Source: Malassezia furfur (taxonomy: Eukaryota). From it: a stretch of DNA of 20,000 nucleotides. Below, piece by piece: positions 19,193-20,000 of this stretch. Position 1 is the first letter of the stretch; each line of letters starts with the position of its first letter. The position numbers and the translations under genes are program-made. The stretch lies in assembly GCA_052055015.1 (NCBI GenBank), contig JBQJIT010000020.1; one strand, given 5' to 3'. Under the pieces are notes generated by a model, which saw only the letters and a program-made list of their open reading frames with translations, was not told where the DNA came from and did not search any database.

Positions 19193-20000
19193 ATGCCGAA
19201 AGCCCCGTCGACGCAGCGGCGCGGCGCACGGCCGGCGGACGCGCGCCGTCCGCTCGGTCAGGATATCCAGGAAGACCAGATGGTGTCGCGCTTCGGGCGT
19301 GTGCGCACGCCCAAGCAGGGAAAGCGCGCCGCGAAGCACGACGGCGACAATGACGACGAAGGAGCGCACGCCGCAGGGCTGCGGGTCACGGGCGGGCGTG
19401 CGGGGCGCACCACCGTGGACCCCAAACTGAGCCGCAACATTCTGCGGCTCGCGCGTGAACAGCAGGAAGAGATTGAGCGCGAAGAGGCGGAGCTCGAGGC
19501 CGAGGAGGAAGTGGCGCCGCCCGCGTTCCGTGGCGAGGCCGAGCTCGAGGACGACGAGGAGGGCGACGACGAGGAGGCGTCCGTCGACAGCGACGACGCG
19601 GACGATCACGACCCGGACTATGCGCAACTCGATATCCGGCCCGAGGACCACGCGCTGCTCGAGCGACACGATGCCGAAGAGGAGCAGGCACTCGAGGAGA
19701 TGGGCGAGGATGGTCTGCCGCGGCCCAAGACCAAGACGCTCGCCGACCTCATTCTCGCCAAGATTCAGGCGGCCGAGGACGGGCAGCCGGCTGAGATGGC
19801 TATGGAGGAGAGCGACGGGCGGATGATGCCGCCGGGCATCAATCCCAAGGTGATCGAGGTCTATGTCAAGGTGGGCGAGCTTTTGTCGCGCTACAAGTCG
19901 GGCCCGCTGCCCAAGGCGTTCAAGATTATCCCCTCGCTGCCCGCATGGGAGGACGTGCTGTACATTACGAACCCCGAGACGTGGACGCCGCACGCGACGC
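19193..20000 (+). CDS. ENP1: Bystin (pre-rRNA processing, 40S biogenesis), 3'-truncated by the window edge
   Basis: ATG at 19193 (MPKAPSTQRRG) and open to the window end. Motifs VDPKLSRNILRLAREQQEEI, KTLADLILAKI and NPKVIEVYVKVGELLSRYKSGPLPKAFKIIPSLPAWEDVLYITNPETWTPHA. Not in the ORF track. Confidence 0.95.
   Translation, partial: MPKAPSTQRRGARPADARRPLGQDIQEDQMVSRFGRVRTPKQGKRAAKHDGDNDDEGAHAAGLRVTGGRAGRTTVDPKLSRNILRLAREQQEEIEREEAELEAEEEVAPPAFRGEAELEDDEEGDDEEASVDSDDADDHDPDYAQLDIRPEDHALLERHDAEEEQALEEMGEDGLPRPKTKTLADLILAKIQAAEDGQPAEMAMEESDGRMMPPGINPKVIEVYVKVGELLSRYKSGPLPKAFKIIPSLPAWEDVLYITNPETWTPHAT

Noticed and set aside
19001..19993. 330-aa - strand ORF
   Set aside because: Antisense shadow of bystin and of the acidic AP-3 beta tail.
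1..20000. CRISPR arrays, transposons, prophage or rRNA
   Set aside because: I saw no repeat-spacer arrays, terminal repeats, or transposase, integrase or RT motifs. The window is almost fully explained by eukaryotic housekeeping genes.

Overview
Gene-dense, GC-rich eukaryotic (fungal) DNA. The gene content, compactness and tiny introns suggest a Malassezia-like basidiomycete yeast, which is an inference. From left to right the window holds: a divergent second malate synthase copy running off the left edge (missed by the ORF track), an intact malate synthase ending in SKI, a Ser/Pro-rich orphan ORF, a SIT4-associated SAPS-family gene, a 3-ketoacyl-CoA thiolase, tRNA-Val(AAC), COG5, a small membrane protein, SRP40, a THI20-like HMP-P kinase/TenA fusion, AP-3 beta adaptin and a partial bystin/ENP1. 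Manual reading gives 14 spliceosomal introns, 11 of them only 21-25 nt, including one GC-AG intron and one in-frame, stop-free 21-nt intron. Other notable points: the malate synthase paralogs share a 92-bp identical tract over the active site but differ in a normally conserved N-terminal motif; the tRNA insert duplicates the 3' anticodon stem, so the unspliced RNA can form an alternative cloverleaf; and some intergenic gaps are only 6-100 bp.
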